Source: Candidatus Bathyarchaeum tardum
Lineage (GTDB): Archaea; Thermoproteota; Bathyarchaeia; Bathyarchaeales; Bathyarchaeaceae
DNA length: 64,000 nt
Direction of reading: 5' to 3'
Assembly (NCBI GenBank): GCA_024650005.2
Contig: CP122380.1
Span: 1,632,001 to 1,696,000 of the forward strand
The notes under the pieces are model-generated. The model was given only the letters and a program-made list of their open reading frames with translations. It did no database searches and was not told the origin of the DNA. A program made the translations under genes and the position numbers. Of the stretch, positions 39,641-50,331 are shown piece by piece. Numbering within the stretch: the stretch's first letter is position 1; every line of letters begins with the position of its first letter.

Positions 39641-40057
39641 TTACGATGTCTTGAAAGTGTTTTGATGTCCAATTGCCAAGAACTTACTTGTTTCTTCTGA
39701 AGTCATGGAAGATAGGATCCCTTCAAAATAGGGATTATTGTTTCTTGTTGTGTTATTAAATTTGATAAGGGTAATTAATGTGTTTTCTATCATGCTCGGA
39801 TTTATTCGATAAAGTGTCTTCCGTCGGTTTCGAGGGTCTTTCTGTTTAATTACAATCTTTCCCAGACTTTTAATGATGTCTAATATCCATCTTTCCGACA
39901 AATCTTTGTTATATCTTTGTTTTAATTCATCTCTAATTTGCTGGATCGATGTTGCGGCAATAATTTGGTCTCTTTTTTCTGAAGTTCTATATATTATTGC
40001 AATTATAGCCAATTTTGTTTTTACTGAAATTAATGTCCCCCCAAATACTGCATACAA
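39641..40057 (-). CDS. winged-helix protein
   Basis: SIQQIRDELK...LSERWILDIIKSL...KDPRNRRKTLYRIN. Confidence 0.65.
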   Translation of the reverse strand: MYAVFGGTLISVKTKLAIIAIIYRTSEKRDQIIAATSIQQIRDELKQRYNKDLSERWILDIIKSLGKIVIKQKDPRNRRKTLYRINPSMIENTLITLIKFNNTTRNNNPYFEGILSSMTSEETSKFLAIGHQNTFKTS

Positions 40058-40283
40058 TCGTTACGCAAACTATCTAATAAGACATATATTAAGATATGTG
40101 ATATACTAAATATAAATTTTTTAGTTAGTTTTTAAAATCCATTTTCTCCAATTCAACGATTAATGTTTATCGCTGAAGAAAAACATCGTCATTATTCAGC
40201 AATTGATTAATTATGTTTTTTTTAATTATTACTTACATAATCGCATTATGTAAAAATTGAATTGTCATAAAGGAGGTGAGATT

Positions 40284-41168
40284 TTGAATAAAAAAACCGC
40301 ATGTTGCATATCATCATTAGTGATCGTTTTAATGGTTTTCTCTTTTACTTTAAGTGCCTTTGCCTACTCCACTTCCTATTCCAAAAAACCAACTTCTGTG
40401 AAAATACCAGATTTCACAAAATCTGAAGATATTCGAGAAGAAATTGCTGAAAAATACGGAGATAGACGTGATATTGACAACCCTCCCCCGAAAGGTGACA
40501 CGTATCGTTCAGTGCATAAAGCATGGGGAGCTGACATAAACCAAATTACGTACCCTCCATTGTGGCAACCCACGATAAAAGGTGCTTTAGCTAGACACTA
40601 TATTGACGAGTCATTAACTCTAGGAACAGACGAAGATCGAACGTTATATGCTCCAACACTTAAACCCCCAGAACCTTGTCCTCTTGAAGTTGCTACGACA
40701 TACCGATACACATCAGGCTACGGTTTAGAACGATATGTGGGAATTTGGGACCATAACGATGAACCAGGATTCGCAATAAAAATTTATTTCAATGAACTTG
40801 ACAATGATGGCTGGTTATCTCAAGATGGTATTGGAACATATTATGAGGTTGGAATCGCTTGGAACAGTGGCTTAGGAGAATGGGTTGTATATCTTCACAA
40901 CTTTGGCAATAGCAGCTGGCCTATAATTTACAGTCAAGAAGATGATAACTATGACCATGGAGGATGGGACTTCTATGAAGGTTACTATGAAACGAGTTGG
41001 CCTGAAACTCCGTATCTCAGAGCTTATGACATCGAAGTTTTTTACGTTACAACACAATCATGGTCGACGAATACATGGCCAGTTGGTTATGTAATTAATG
41101 ATTGGTCAGGATTCTCTCTGGAGCACGACTTCATCAGTGACTATTATGACTGGTATGTAGGTGAGTGA
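40284..41168 (+). CDS. secreted beta-rich hypothetical protein
   Basis: GGAGGTGA SD then TTG 40284; signal peptide ending LSAFA; Trp/Tyr/Asp-rich. Confidence 0.8.
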   Translation: MNKKTACCISSLVIVLMVFSFTLSAFAYSTSYSKKPTSVKIPDFTKSEDIREEIAEKYGDRRDIDNPPPKGDTYRSVHKAWGADINQITYPPLWQPTIKGALARHYIDESLTLGTDEDRTLYAPTLKPPEPCPLEVATTYRYTSGYGLERYVGIWDHNDEPGFAIKIYFNELDNDGWLSQDGIGTYYEVGIAWNSGLGEWVVYLHNFGNSSWPIIYSQEDDNYDHGGWDFYEGYYETSWPETPYLRAYDIEVFYVTTQSWSTNTWPVGYVINDWSGFSLEHDFISDYYDWYVGE

Positions 41169-41324
41169 TTATGAAATCGTCTCAATTTTCCTCTCTTTTT
41201 TTATTTACTTTCAAAAATAACACATTGAAATAAATGTGGCATAATTTTTCATTTTTGTTATAATTTTTATAGTTAGAATGACAAATACTATTGTATATCT
41301 TAGTATAACATTACTGGGGATTAT

Positions 41325-41858
41325 ATGGAAAAAAAATATCTTTTTGCGATTTTTTTGGTATCCTGTATTATCATTATTTCGATGTTGTTTACTCATCAAT
41401 CAATTACGAAGGACACTTCGTGGATTGATGATGTTGAGAATTTTATCAATAAAAAAAATTGGGATTCTGAAATTAAATACGAACCCATGAGTGACTGGTC
41501 ATTTTTTCTTGTCGAAAATGGAACAGAACAATTCTTTGCTTTGGAAGGACAAAATGAGTTCATATCATTTGTCAATAATTTGCTAAATAAAGTTAATGAC
41601 CAGATTGAAGATTCCTTAGATCCGTCTGTTCTAGGAGAACTTAAAACTAATGAGAGAATGTTAAAAGTTGTTCACCGTTTCTCTACAAAAAGTGATTTTT
41701 GGAAAACTCCTAACAATTTTGGTGCTCAAGTTGACTATGATTTATTGTACTTTGTTTTAAAAGATGACTCTGGAAAGGGTTTGGAGGGAACAATAATCGT
41801 TCGAGAACCAAACGCAGAGCAAACAGATTACGTTTACAGTGTTTGGCAAATAACCTGA
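41325..41858 (+). CDS. membrane-anchored hypothetical protein
   Basis: N-terminal TM, 177 aa. Confidence 0.7.
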   Translation: MEKKYLFAIFLVSCIIIISMLFTHQSITKDTSWIDDVENFINKKNWDSEIKYEPMSDWSFFLVENGTEQFFALEGQNEFISFVNNLLNKVNDQIEDSLDPSVLGELKTNERMLKVVHRFSTKSDFWKTPNNFGAQVDYDLLYFVLKDDSGKGLEGTIIVREPNAEQTDYVYSVWQIT

Positions 41859-41872
41859 AAGTCAATATTTTT

Positions 41873-42070
41873 TTAAACAGTTTTTCCTTTCTTACTGTGA
41901 GTGATAAGCTCATTTTCTCCAAGCCGTGCACAAATTGAGCAAAAACCTAATTTTTCAATGTCTTCATTGTGTTGAACAAATTGGTTGTGAACTGTTTTTG
42001 TACATCTTTGCTTAGCAACAATTTTTTCGGCATCAACAATAAAGTTTCCACCTCTGGAAATTTTTCGCAT
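41873..42070 (-). CDS. small hypothetical protein
   Basis: 65 aa with C..H and CSIC; follows the kinase gene on the same strand. Confidence 0.4.
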   Translation of the reverse strand: MRKISRGGNFIVDAEKIVAKQRCTKTVHNQFVQHNEDIEKLGFCSICARLGENELITHSKKGKTV

Positions 42071-42123
42071 ACTTTTTTTTCTAAAACCGCCAATTCAACA
42101 CGATTCTTAAGTTATTTGTCTAA

Positions 42124-43260
42124 TTATTCAATTTTTATTACTTTTTCGATGTTATAATCGGTTACAACTTTTATTGTTCCAGCAAACTCTGCGTCTAGTT
42201 TGGGATCCCCTGTGTCTACTTTGAGACGCCTTATGTGTTTCATTTTGTTTTCCGTTGCAACTACTATGATGTTTTCTTTTCCCACTTTGCGTATTACTTT
42301 TGGGCTTATCTGCTGGTTTCCTCTGCCGAAAACAAAACCTTGACCCCCGATGGGAGTAACAATGATTTTGGCTTTTTTTCCTTCGATTGCTTCTAGGATT
42401 TGTTGCTCGTTCACGTCTTTTGCCACAATTTTTTTGTCAACAAAAAGGTCCACACCAAGAAGGCTCTTTTTTTGGTCTAAAAGATCCCCGATAGTTCGCG
42501 TGGTTGTTCCCGCTGACACAATATAAACCACGTCCTCTTTCATTTCTTCAATAACATAAACAGCCATAGCAGCTTGGTTACGCAACTCACTTTCCGTCAT
42601 GGGCGACGCCATCTTAGCCCCTTGAATCAAATGGGGTTCATATGGGCTAATCAAATAACCATGCAATCTTGCAGAAACCCTGCCGTGACGGAATTCTTCT
42701 TCATCTATATCCATGACTTCGGCTTCCCATAAGGGCAAAAAGCCATAAAGATACTGAGAAGCAATTCGTGCTGCTGATTTTGGGTCTATTCCAAAAACTG
42801 CACTGTGCATTTTTACTCCAGTTGGTACTCCCAAAACAGGAGTTTTTATATCAACAGCTGTTAGGACGTCTCTTGCTGTTCCGTCGCCTCCACAAAAAAC
42901 TAGAAGGTCAACATTTTGGGCTGCAATAGTTTTTGCAACAGCTACGGTGTCTTCGGGTTTGGTGTTTGTTTTTTGTTCTCCAAAAACTTTGTAATCGTAA
43001 CCTTGATTTTTTGCTTCAGTTTCGCCCATCAATCCGGGACCAACTAATAGCAGTATGTCCTCTTTTACTGGTTCTAATTCTTTAAGAAAAAGTTCTGCAC
43101 GTGCAGGAGCAACGGCTTTTGCACCAAGGGCAACCGCTTTTTTTAGAATTTCGGTGCCGTCGGTACCTTTTAGTCCAACTGCTCCGCCCATGCCTGCGAT
43201 CGGGTTAACAATAAAACCTACTGTTTTTTTGAACCTGTTTTGAGGGTCTGCTTGCGTCAA
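42124..43260 (-). CDS. ATP-NAD/AcoX kinase family protein
   Basis: NPIAGMGGAVGLKGTDG, GGDGTARD, GVKMHS, TPIGGQGFVFGRGNQQ, VDTGD. Confidence 0.92.
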   Translation of the reverse strand: MTQADPQNRFKKTVGFIVNPIAGMGGAVGLKGTDGTEILKKAVALGAKAVAPARAELFLKELEPVKEDILLLVGPGLMGETEAKNQGYDYKVFGEQKTNTKPEDTVAVAKTIAAQNVDLLVFCGGDGTARDVLTAVDIKTPVLGVPTGVKMHSAVFGIDPKSAARIASQYLYGFLPLWEAEVMDIDEEEFRHGRVSARLHGYLISPYEPHLIQGAKMASPMTESELRNQAAMAVYVIEEMKEDVVYIVSAGTTTRTIGDLLDQKKSLLGVDLFVDKKIVAKDVNEQQILEAIEGKKAKIIVTPIGGQGFVFGRGNQQISPKVIRKVGKENIIVVATENKMKHIRRLKVDTGDPKLDAEFAGTIKVVTDYNIEKVIKIE

Positions 43261-43304
43261 CGATTCTTTCCTTCTGTGTTGAGCATTTACTGACTTAACG
43301 TATA

Positions 43305-43649
43305 TTACATGTGCTGTTTAAGGGCGTCTTCTAGGGGTCCGCGACCTACTGCGCCTACGATTTTTTGGACAACTTGTCCGTTCTTGAATATCAAAAAGTG
43401 TGGGATGCTCATGATTCCGTAACGTCCAGAAATTTGGTTGTTTTCGTCCACGTTTACTTTTCCAAATTTTGCTTTTCCAGCGTATGCTTTTGCGAGTTCT
43501 TCCATTACAGGAGCCATCATTCTGCAGGGCATGCACCAGTCTGCCCAGAAATCAACTAATACAGGTACATCCGAATTTATGAAACTGTCAAAAGATGAAG
43601 AAGTCAACGCTACCACGTCTTTATGTTCCATTACCACATTCACCTCCAC
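43305..43649 (-). CDS. trxA: thioredoxin
   Basis: DFWADWCMPC; likely start is ATG 43631. Confidence 0.95.
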   Translation of the reverse strand: MEVNVVMEHKDVVALTSSSFDSFINSDVPVLVDFWADWCMPCRMMAPVMEELAKAYAGKAKFGKVNVDENNQISGRYGIMSIPHFLIFKNGQVVQKIVGAVGRGPLEDALKQHM

Positions 43650-43910
43650 AAAAGTAAGTTTGCATTTAGATTCTCAGTTGATGGGCATCATTAAAACATT
43701 ATGGTTTACAGTTTCTAGGCTCTTAACAATACAGTTGACATGAAGGTTAAAGTTTTATCTAGAAAGAATATGATTAAATACGTTCGAAAACATTCATTAC
43801 AGTAAAGCATGTGCCAAGCAACTCATGCACCTGATTATCGTTAATTCAAAAAATAACAACAAAACTAGCCAACTCACGAATGCTTGGACAAAAAAGGGTA
43901 GGAAAATAAA

Positions 43911-46355
43911 ATGGCTGATCAACAAAAGAAACGGATTGTTCTGAACATTGGAGAAATGCATTGTGCAACTTGTGTTCAGACCATAGAAAAACGGTTGTCT
44001 AAAATGAAGGGGGTAATTAATGCGACAATTAACCTGGCTTCAGAAAAAGCAAGCATAGACTACGACCCAACAGTTGTAGACCAACAAACCATTGAAGACA
44101 CCATCACCGAAATTGGATACAAGGTCATTCATCAAGAAGTTACCTTCAAACTCAGTGGAATGCATTGCACCATGTGTGCTCAAGCTATAGAAAAAGCATT
44201 GAACAAAAAAGAAGGCGTTTACAAGGCGGCGGTTAATTTTGCCACTGAATCGGCATTTGTTGAGTTTAATCCGGCTCAGGTTAGTTTAGAAGCCATAAAA
44301 AAGGTTATTCGAGAAGTTGGATACGACGTTTTGGAACCCGAAGGAGGAATCCAAGATGCTGAACAAAAAGAACGAGAAAACGAAATACGTTCCCTGAAAA
44401 ATAAGCTAATTTTTTCGGTTGCATTAACCATTCCGGTAGTATTGTACAGCAATGCACGGTTTCTTCCGTTTTCGTTACCTGCTTTGCCTATCGACAATTT
44501 TGTTCCTTTGCTCTTGTTTGTTTTATCAACTCCAGTTCATTTCCTAGTTGGGCACCAGTTCTTCACGGGCGCGTATAAGGCAATAAAAAACAAAAACCCA
44601 AACATGGACGTGCTAGTTACACTGGGCACTTCCGCGGCTTACTTCTACAGTGTCTATGTCACATTCTTTGGAGGAGGAAAACTATACTATACCACCGCCG
44701 TGTCCCTGATGATGTTTCTTGTTCTAGGAAAACTCCTAGAAGCCATTGCTAAAGGCAGAACTTCAGCAGCTATACGCAAGCTCATGGGATTACGAGCCAA
44801 AACAGCCCGAATAATCAGAAACGGAAAAGAAACCGAGGTCCCAGTTGAAGACGTTCAAGTTGGAGACATTGTAATTGTTCGCCCGGGAGAAAAAATCCCT
44901 GTTGACGGAGTAGTCACTGACGGATATTCAGGAGTAGATGAGAAAGTAATCACTGGAGAAAGCATTCCTGTAGAAAAAAAGGTTGGAGATTCAGTTGTTG
45001 GAGCAACAATAAACAAAACAGGTATGCTCAAATTCAAAGCAACAAAAGTTGGCTCTGACACGGTACTGGCTCAGATTATCAAACTTGTAGAAAACGCCTT
45101 GGGTTCTAAAGCCCCAATCCAACGCATGGTAGACGCAGTCAGTAGCTACTTTGTGCCAATGGTCTTAATTGCTGCAACCATATCATTTTTCGTTTGGTAT
45201 CTTGTGGCAGCAGAGTTTACTTTTGCTTTAACCATATTCATTGCTGTTCTAATCATCGCCTGCCCATGCGCCATGGGATTAGCTACACCAACCGCAATCA
45301 TGGTCGGAGTGGGAAAAGGAGCCGAATTCGGAGTTCTAATCAAAAGCAGCGAAGCTTTAGAAACAGTCCACAAACTTCAAGCAATCGTTTTTGACAAAAC
45401 GGGAACCTTGACTAAAGGAGAACCTGAAGTCACAGACATTATTCCTGTTTCAGCGTCCAAAGAAACCAAACATGACGAAGAAGAACTACTAAAACTAGCA
45501 GCTATAGCTGAAAAAAACTCAGAGCATCCACTTGGAGAGGCAATTGTAAAAAAAGCGCAAGAAATGGACATTAAAGTTTCTGATCCTGAAAAGTTTAATG
45601 CCATTCCAGGATACGGCGTTGAAGTTGAACACAACAAAAAGAAGGTTTTGCTGGGCACCCGAAAGTTGATGGAACAAAACAACGTGGACATCAAGGAACT
45701 GGAAAAAAAGATGCAATCCTTGGAAGAGGACGGCAAGACTGCGATGCTTGTTGCAGTGGATGGAAAAGCTGCAGGTGTGATTGCTGTTGCTGATACTTTG
45801 AAGGAATATTCAGTTGATGCAGTTAAGACCCTTCAAAACATGGGGATTGAAGTAATCATGCTCACGGGGGACAACAAACGAACGGCGCAAGCCATCGCTA
45901 AACAGATTGGAGTAAACCGTGTGTTTGCAGAAGTTTTGCCCAAAGACAAAGCTTCAGAAATCAAAAGACTTCAAGATGAAGGAAAAATAGTAGCAATGGT
46001 TGGAGACGGAATAAATGATGCCCCAGCGTTAGCTCAAGCAAACATTGGAATCGCAGTTGGAAGCGGAACCGACGTAGCCATAGAAACTGGAGACATCGTG
46101 TTGGTCAAAAATGACCTACGAGACGTAGTAACCAGCATCCAGCTCAGCAATGCTACAATCAACAAAATCAAACAAGGCTTGTTCTGGGCATTCGCCTACA
46201 ACGTTATATTGATTCCAGTAGCAGCAGGCATTTTGAATCCCTATTTCTTAGAACCCACCTATGCTGCAGCTGCAATGTCACTAAGCTCGGTTTCGGTAGT
46301 AATTAATGCGTCCCTGTTGAAACGATTCAAACCCAAACTTGAAAAACAAAACTAA
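43911..46355 (+). CDS. copA: Cu(I)-translocating P1B-type ATPase
   Basis: Two HMA MHCxxC domains, [26 protein letters not shown] and MSLSS. Confidence 0.96.
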   Translation: MADQQKKRIVLNIGEMHCATCVQTIEKRLSKMKGVINATINLASEKASIDYDPTVVDQQTIEDTITEIGYKVIHQEVTFKLSGMHCTMCAQAIEKALNKKEGVYKAAVNFATESAFVEFNPAQVSLEAIKKVIREVGYDVLEPEGGIQDAEQKERENEIRSLKNKLIFSVALTIPVVLYSNARFLPFSLPALPIDNFVPLLLFVLSTPVHFLVGHQFFTGAYKAIKNKNPNMDVLVTLGTSAAYFYSVYVTFFGGGKLYYTTAVSLMMFLVLGKLLEAIAKGRTSAAIRKLMGLRAKTARIIRNGKETEVPVEDVQVGDIVIVRPGEKIPVDGVVTDGYSGVDEKVITGESIPVEKKVGDSVVGATINKTGMLKFKATKVGSDTVLAQIIKLVENALGSKAPIQRMVDAVSSYFVPMVLIAATISFFVWYLVAAEFTFALTIFIAVLIIACPCAMGLATPTAIMVGVGKGAEFGVLIKSSEALETVHKLQAIVFDKTGTLTKGEPEVTDIIPVSASKETKHDEEELLKLAAIAEKNSEHPLGEAIVKKAQEMDIKVSDPEKFNAIPGYGVEVEHNKKKVLLGTRKLMEQNNVDIKELEKKMQSLEEDGKTAMLVAVDGKAAGVIAVADTLKEYSVDAVKTLQNMGIEVIMLTGDNKRTAQAIAKQIGVNRVFAEVLPKDKASEIKRLQDEGKIVAMVGDGINDAPALAQANIGIAVGSGTDVAIETGDIVLVKNDLRDVVTSIQLSNATINKIKQGLFWAFAYNVILIPVAAGILNPYFLEPTYAAAAMSLSSVSVVINASLLKRFKPKLEKQN

Positions 46356-46371
46356 AGGAGGTGAAAAACAA

Positions 46372-46515
46372 TTGGCAATAGACCCAATCTGTAAAATGAC
46401 CGTAGATGAAAAAACAGCTAAACACAAAAGCAACTACAAAGGCAAAACCTATTACTTTTGCGCACCGGGATGCAAAATCGCCTTTGACGAAGACCCAGAA
46501 AAATATTTAAAGTAA
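46372..46515 (+). CDS. YHS/TRASH metal-binding protein, 47 aa, not in the ORF track
   Basis: GGAGGTGA SD; MAIDPICKMTVD...YKGKTYYFCAPGCKIAFDEDPEKYLK. Confidence 0.92.
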   Translation: MAIDPICKMTVDEKTAKHKSNYKGKTYYFCAPGCKIAFDEDPEKYLK

Positions 46516-46586
46516 CAGTGTAGCCTTTGAGCAACTTCAGCAACGATAAGGTTATTAGTTTTTTTTAACATTGCAATTTAGCCTCT

Positions 46587-46662
46587 GGTGGGGTGGCTGA
46601 ATGGTTTAGGCGGCAGCCTGCAGAGTTGCTCTATAAGGGTTCAATTCCCTTCCCCACCTCCA
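46587..46662 (+). tRNA. tRNA-Cys(GCA)
   Basis: GGTGGGG/CCCCACC acceptor, U73, CCA; anticodon arm GCAGC-CTGCAGA-GTTGC; TATA-like TTTTTTAA about 20 nt upstream. Confidence 0.93.
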
Positions 46663-46846
46663 TAACTAAATTTGTGAGCGCGAACGATAGTACTTCTTTT
46701 TTGTTATCTCAAACTTAGGCGGAAAAGTCAACCAATATTAAGTAAGTTATTCTATGATTTTGAAAAATTATTAAAATGTAAAAGTGGAATTGAATCAAAT
46801 GGTTAAGACTGAGACTAAAAAGTTTAGTCAACAGTTGTCCAATTGA

Positions 46847-47047
46847 TTATACGTAGTAGTGTCGGTTTTGTGTTTTTTTTATTTTGCCTAGAAAAGACCC
46901 TGCAAAATAGCTTAACCAGTATTCTTCTTGGTCATCTAGATTAGCTTCTTGAAAGGTTACTGCAGTTTCTACAGAAGTAGCCCCAGCTTTCTCTAATTTC
47001 CGAATAAGTCTGTGTTGCATTTCAAACTCAAGCCCAAAGGATGACAA
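46847..47047 (-). CDS. small hypothetical protein
   Basis: 66 aa; LIRKLEKAGATSVETAVT pattern, wHTH-like. Confidence 0.55.
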   Translation of the reverse strand: MSSFGLEFEMQHRLIRKLEKAGATSVETAVTFQEANLDDQEEYWLSYFAGSFLGKIKKTQNRHYYV

Positions 47048-47324
47048 TCTTTACTTTTCCCTCCATTACATTGATAAATGATAGAAAACTCAACGGAGGA
47101 CAAAAGCACAATCTTGCCAGAACCCATTAAGAAAATGCTACCAATAAAAAATACAAATTGGTCACTTAAGAACTCATCAGTTTTTTCTAAAGAAAGTCTC
47201 AAAAAAAGAATTATCCATAATTAAATCAAGGGCTTATTTCGAACTATAACCAAGTTCATAGATTGCACATCATAAAAAACTCAACAACTCAATAGTTGAA
47301 TAGAATTAACAAGTTAAAAGCATT

Positions 47325-47837
47325 TCAAGAAAGTTTAGTTGCTTGTTCATAATAGATTGCTTCAGAAATTGGTTTTTCCGGGGAAATTGATGTTTCTATA
47401 ACAATTGTTTTTGCGATTCTATCAACGTATTTTTGATGACGTTTGGAAGAAAATCCGATAATTGTGTCGACAAGGAGCAAAATGGCGTTGAATTTGCTTA
47501 GGTTTCGGATTAAACTTGTCTTCAATGTTGGTTTATGTTTTTTTGAGGTTATTACTTTAAGAGAGAATACTTTTTTTCCTAAAGTATAACCAAAACGTGT
47601 TTCCATTACTGAAAAATATACCAAAGATAAGATGCCAGAAGCTAAAACAAATTCAAGAAAACGAAAACTAGGCCATATTATTCCAGTTGCTATCAAGACA
47701 ACAAAATAATCGATTACAACTGCACTTGAACGTTTTAGCCAATATTCCTGTAAACTAAGATGATCAGTTAAGAAATCTTCAACATTGTGAAGTTTCAAGC
47801 CTATAGCTGTAATTATTGACCGCATTTGTTTATCCAT
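47325..47837 (-). CDS. RDD family membrane protein
   Basis: WLKR..A..ID, GYTLGKKVFSLKV, LIRN, QKYVDRIAKT. Confidence 0.85.
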   Translation of the reverse strand: MDKQMRSIITAIGLKLHNVEDFLTDHLSLQEYWLKRSSAVVIDYFVVLIATGIIWPSFRFLEFVLASGILSLVYFSVMETRFGYTLGKKVFSLKVITSKKHKPTLKTSLIRNLSKFNAILLLVDTIIGFSSKRHQKYVDRIAKTIVIETSISPEKPISEAIYYEQATKLS

Positions 47838-48036
47838 TTTTTAGCACAGGCTTTTTATTTGGTTCAATGCGTCCTTTGTTTGTTGTTTTAGAATTTGGAC
47901 GTGAACAATTAGCAGTTGTAATGAGATTATAAAAAGAGAAATTCTAGCTTCAAAAATATGTCAAAACCTGATACATAAAAAACAGTAAAAGTAATCTGTA
48001 AAATGTCAGTTTACTTTGTTAGGAGAGTAAGCAAAT

Positions 48037-49203
48037 CTGGAAAAAAGAAAAACTGTTTTTGTTGCGTGTCTTGTTACAGTTCTGCTTGTAAGTTTTGCTA
48101 GCATATGGCTTCTGTTGTTTAATCAGGGTCCTACAGGTGAAGAATACAAGGTTTGGGCGGAGCAGCTACTAGATAATGCACGGGTTGAATATCAAAAAAT
48201 CAGGGGGGAATCTGTTCGGGAAGTGGTTTTAGAAGTAGTAAATCAAAGTTGGGTTATTGAAAACTGGGGAGTTGGATACATCGACACAAAACAGACGATA
48301 ATAGAAGAAAACACGTACAAGGCTTTGTTTATGATCCCGCAGGATGCTGATTTATACGAGATTAAGCTGTCTTGGACGGGAATGTATCATGCTGCTAAAT
48401 GGAAAGGCAATATCTATGTTGTTGAGGACAATTTTGACATAACTCAAAACTCCAGTGTTACTGCAACTTTTGTTCACGAGCTAACCCATATTATGCAAGA
48501 TAACTATTCTTTGCCTCAAAGTACCACAATTGACGCAAACAAAGCATTAAGTGCCCTCAAAGAAGGGGACGCCACCCTAATGGCAGATACTTACAAAAAT
48601 AACGGGGTAGTGCCACCTTCTGCAGAAGTTACAATGCCAAGATCATCGAGCATTCCTAAAACAATTGATAGGCTAAACAGGTTTGTTTACCGTTACGGTG
48701 TAGAATTTGTCAAAGCAATATACCAACAGGGAGGTTGGGAAGCAGTAAACCAAGCATATAGTATTTTGCCAAATACTACAGAACAAATAATGCATCCAGA
48801 AAAATATTTTTCCCAAGAAAATGCTCAGACAGTTCGAGCCCCCACAGTAACCGGAAACTGGAGTTTAACAAAAACTGACAGTTTCGGCGAATACTTTGTT
48901 TACGTTATGCTAGACCATTGGATTTCTACAGAAGACGCAAAAACAGCAGCAGAAGGATGGGGAGGCGACCTGTTTAGTTACTACGAAAATGGGGATGAAT
49001 TTATTTTCACTTGGAACATTGTTTGGGACTCTGAAAACGACGCTAATGAGTTTTATGAAAAATTCCAAGATATGATGGCAGAAACATTAGTTACTAATAT
49101 AGATAAAGACTGCTGGTTTGAGTATGGAAGGTATCTTCGCATTCATTTGAATGAAAACTCGACATTAATAACAAGTTCTGTAGATGCATCAATTGTTCAA
49201 TAG
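48037..49203 (+). CDS. exported HExxH metallopeptidase-like protein (Hvo_1808-like)
   Basis: FVHELTHIMQD, ALKEGDAT, PNTTEQIMHPEKY, AAEGWGGD; signal anchor lies upstream of the ORF-track start at 48115. Confidence 0.8.
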   Translation: MEKRKTVFVACLVTVLLVSFASIWLLLFNQGPTGEEYKVWAEQLLDNARVEYQKIRGESVREVVLEVVNQSWVIENWGVGYIDTKQTIIEENTYKALFMIPQDADLYEIKLSWTGMYHAAKWKGNIYVVEDNFDITQNSSVTATFVHELTHIMQDNYSLPQSTTIDANKALSALKEGDATLMADTYKNNGVVPPSAEVTMPRSSSIPKTIDRLNRFVYRYGVEFVKAIYQQGGWEAVNQAYSILPNTTEQIMHPEKYFSQENAQTVRAPTVTGNWSLTKTDSFGEYFVYVMLDHWISTEDAKTAAEGWGGDLFSYYENGDEFIFTWNIVWDSENDANEFYEKFQDMMAETLVTNIDKDCWFEYGRYLRIHLNENSTLITSSVDASIVQ

Positions 49204-49277
49204 ATTCTAAATCAATTAAATAATTGATATGTGAATAAGTAATTCACAGCAAAGCAGGTATTAGGAGTGAACAACAA

Positions 49278-49973
49278 ATGACCAAAATTGGCAGATTTGA
49301 CGAGTTAGCCCAAAATTTTTTGGATAAAACAATTACTAAAAAACAATTGCTCAAAATGGTTAAAGAAGATTCAAGCTTAATTCCATTGCTGCTAGAAGGT
49401 GTGGGACATAAAAAAGCTTCAGTTCGATATGGCTGTTCAAGTGTTTTAATGAATTTAAGTGAAAATAATCCAGAACTGTTGTATCCTGAGTTTGATTTTT
49501 TTGTCAAGTTACTAGACATCAAATACCGAATCTTAACTTGGAACGCCTTTACAATAATTGCAAACCTAACACAGGTTGACGATGGAAAAAAGTTTGACGC
49601 AATTTTTGAAAAATATTACAGCTTTTTGGATAATGAATACATGGTTACCGTTGCTAATGTTGTTGGCAATTCAGGTAAGATTGCCAATTCAAAACCCTAC
49701 TTTGTTCCAAAGATTACTGAAAAACTATTAAGGGTTCAAAACCTTTCCACAACGCCTCATTTAACGGAAGAATGTAAAAAAGTGATAGCTCAACAAGCCA
49801 TTGCTTCTTTTGATTTATTTTTTGACAATATTGGTCAACAACAAGAACAGGTAATCAATTTTGTAAAATCACATGTAGGCAGTTCACGGAAAAAATTGAA
49901 CAAAAAAGCAGAAAAATTTCTTGAAAAATGGACCCGCAAAGCCACCTCAACAACAAATAGCAATTCTATTTAA
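49278..49973 (+). CDS. HEAT/ARM-like helical hypothetical protein
   Basis: AGGAGTGA SD; repeated amphipathic helices (PELLYP.FD.FV.LL). Confidence 0.75.
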   Translation: MTKIGRFDELAQNFLDKTITKKQLLKMVKEDSSLIPLLLEGVGHKKASVRYGCSSVLMNLSENNPELLYPEFDFFVKLLDIKYRILTWNAFTIIANLTQVDDGKKFDAIFEKYYSFLDNEYMVTVANVVGNSGKIANSKPYFVPKITEKLLRVQNLSTTPHLTEECKKVIAQQAIASFDLFFDNIGQQQEQVINFVKSHVGSSRKKLNKKAEKFLEKWTRKATSTTNSNSI

Positions 49974-50121
49974 TGTAAAATAAACAAGGATATTCTAAGG
50001 GCACATGAATTTCCTTGGAACTCCTTACTGTATTTGTGTTGTTCTTATCTACAAAAACAGATTTAGACTTCAGAACCTTTTAATTATCTGCATACATAAA
50101 ACGAGAAAGATGAACTCCATA

Positions 50122-50241
50122 ATGCCTGTCGATGAATCCTTTGAAAAAATGTTAAAAAATCGCGGTTGTTCTGAACGGGCAATAGAAGAACTTTGGAAAT
50201 GGTTCGACCATTCTGAAAAAAAAGGAGTTGCCAGTTTCTAA
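50122..50241 (+). CDS. small hypothetical protein, about 39 aa
   Basis: MPVDESFEKMLKNRGCSERAIEELWKWFDHSEKKGVASF. Confidence 0.5.
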   Translation: MPVDESFEKMLKNRGCSERAIEELWKWFDHSEKKGVASF

Positions 50242-50331
50242 TTAATCAATAAAAGAAAACTGTTTTTCAAGTCTGTAGGCAATCAATAAAAGCGGTAAAG
50301 TAATTCTTTTAGAATCGGAGTTCAATCGCAT

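Noticed and set aside
46587-46662. Suppressor, Sec or Pyl tRNA
   Set aside because: Standard 76-nt cloverleaf with GCA anticodon and U73, consistent with an ordinary tRNA-Cys
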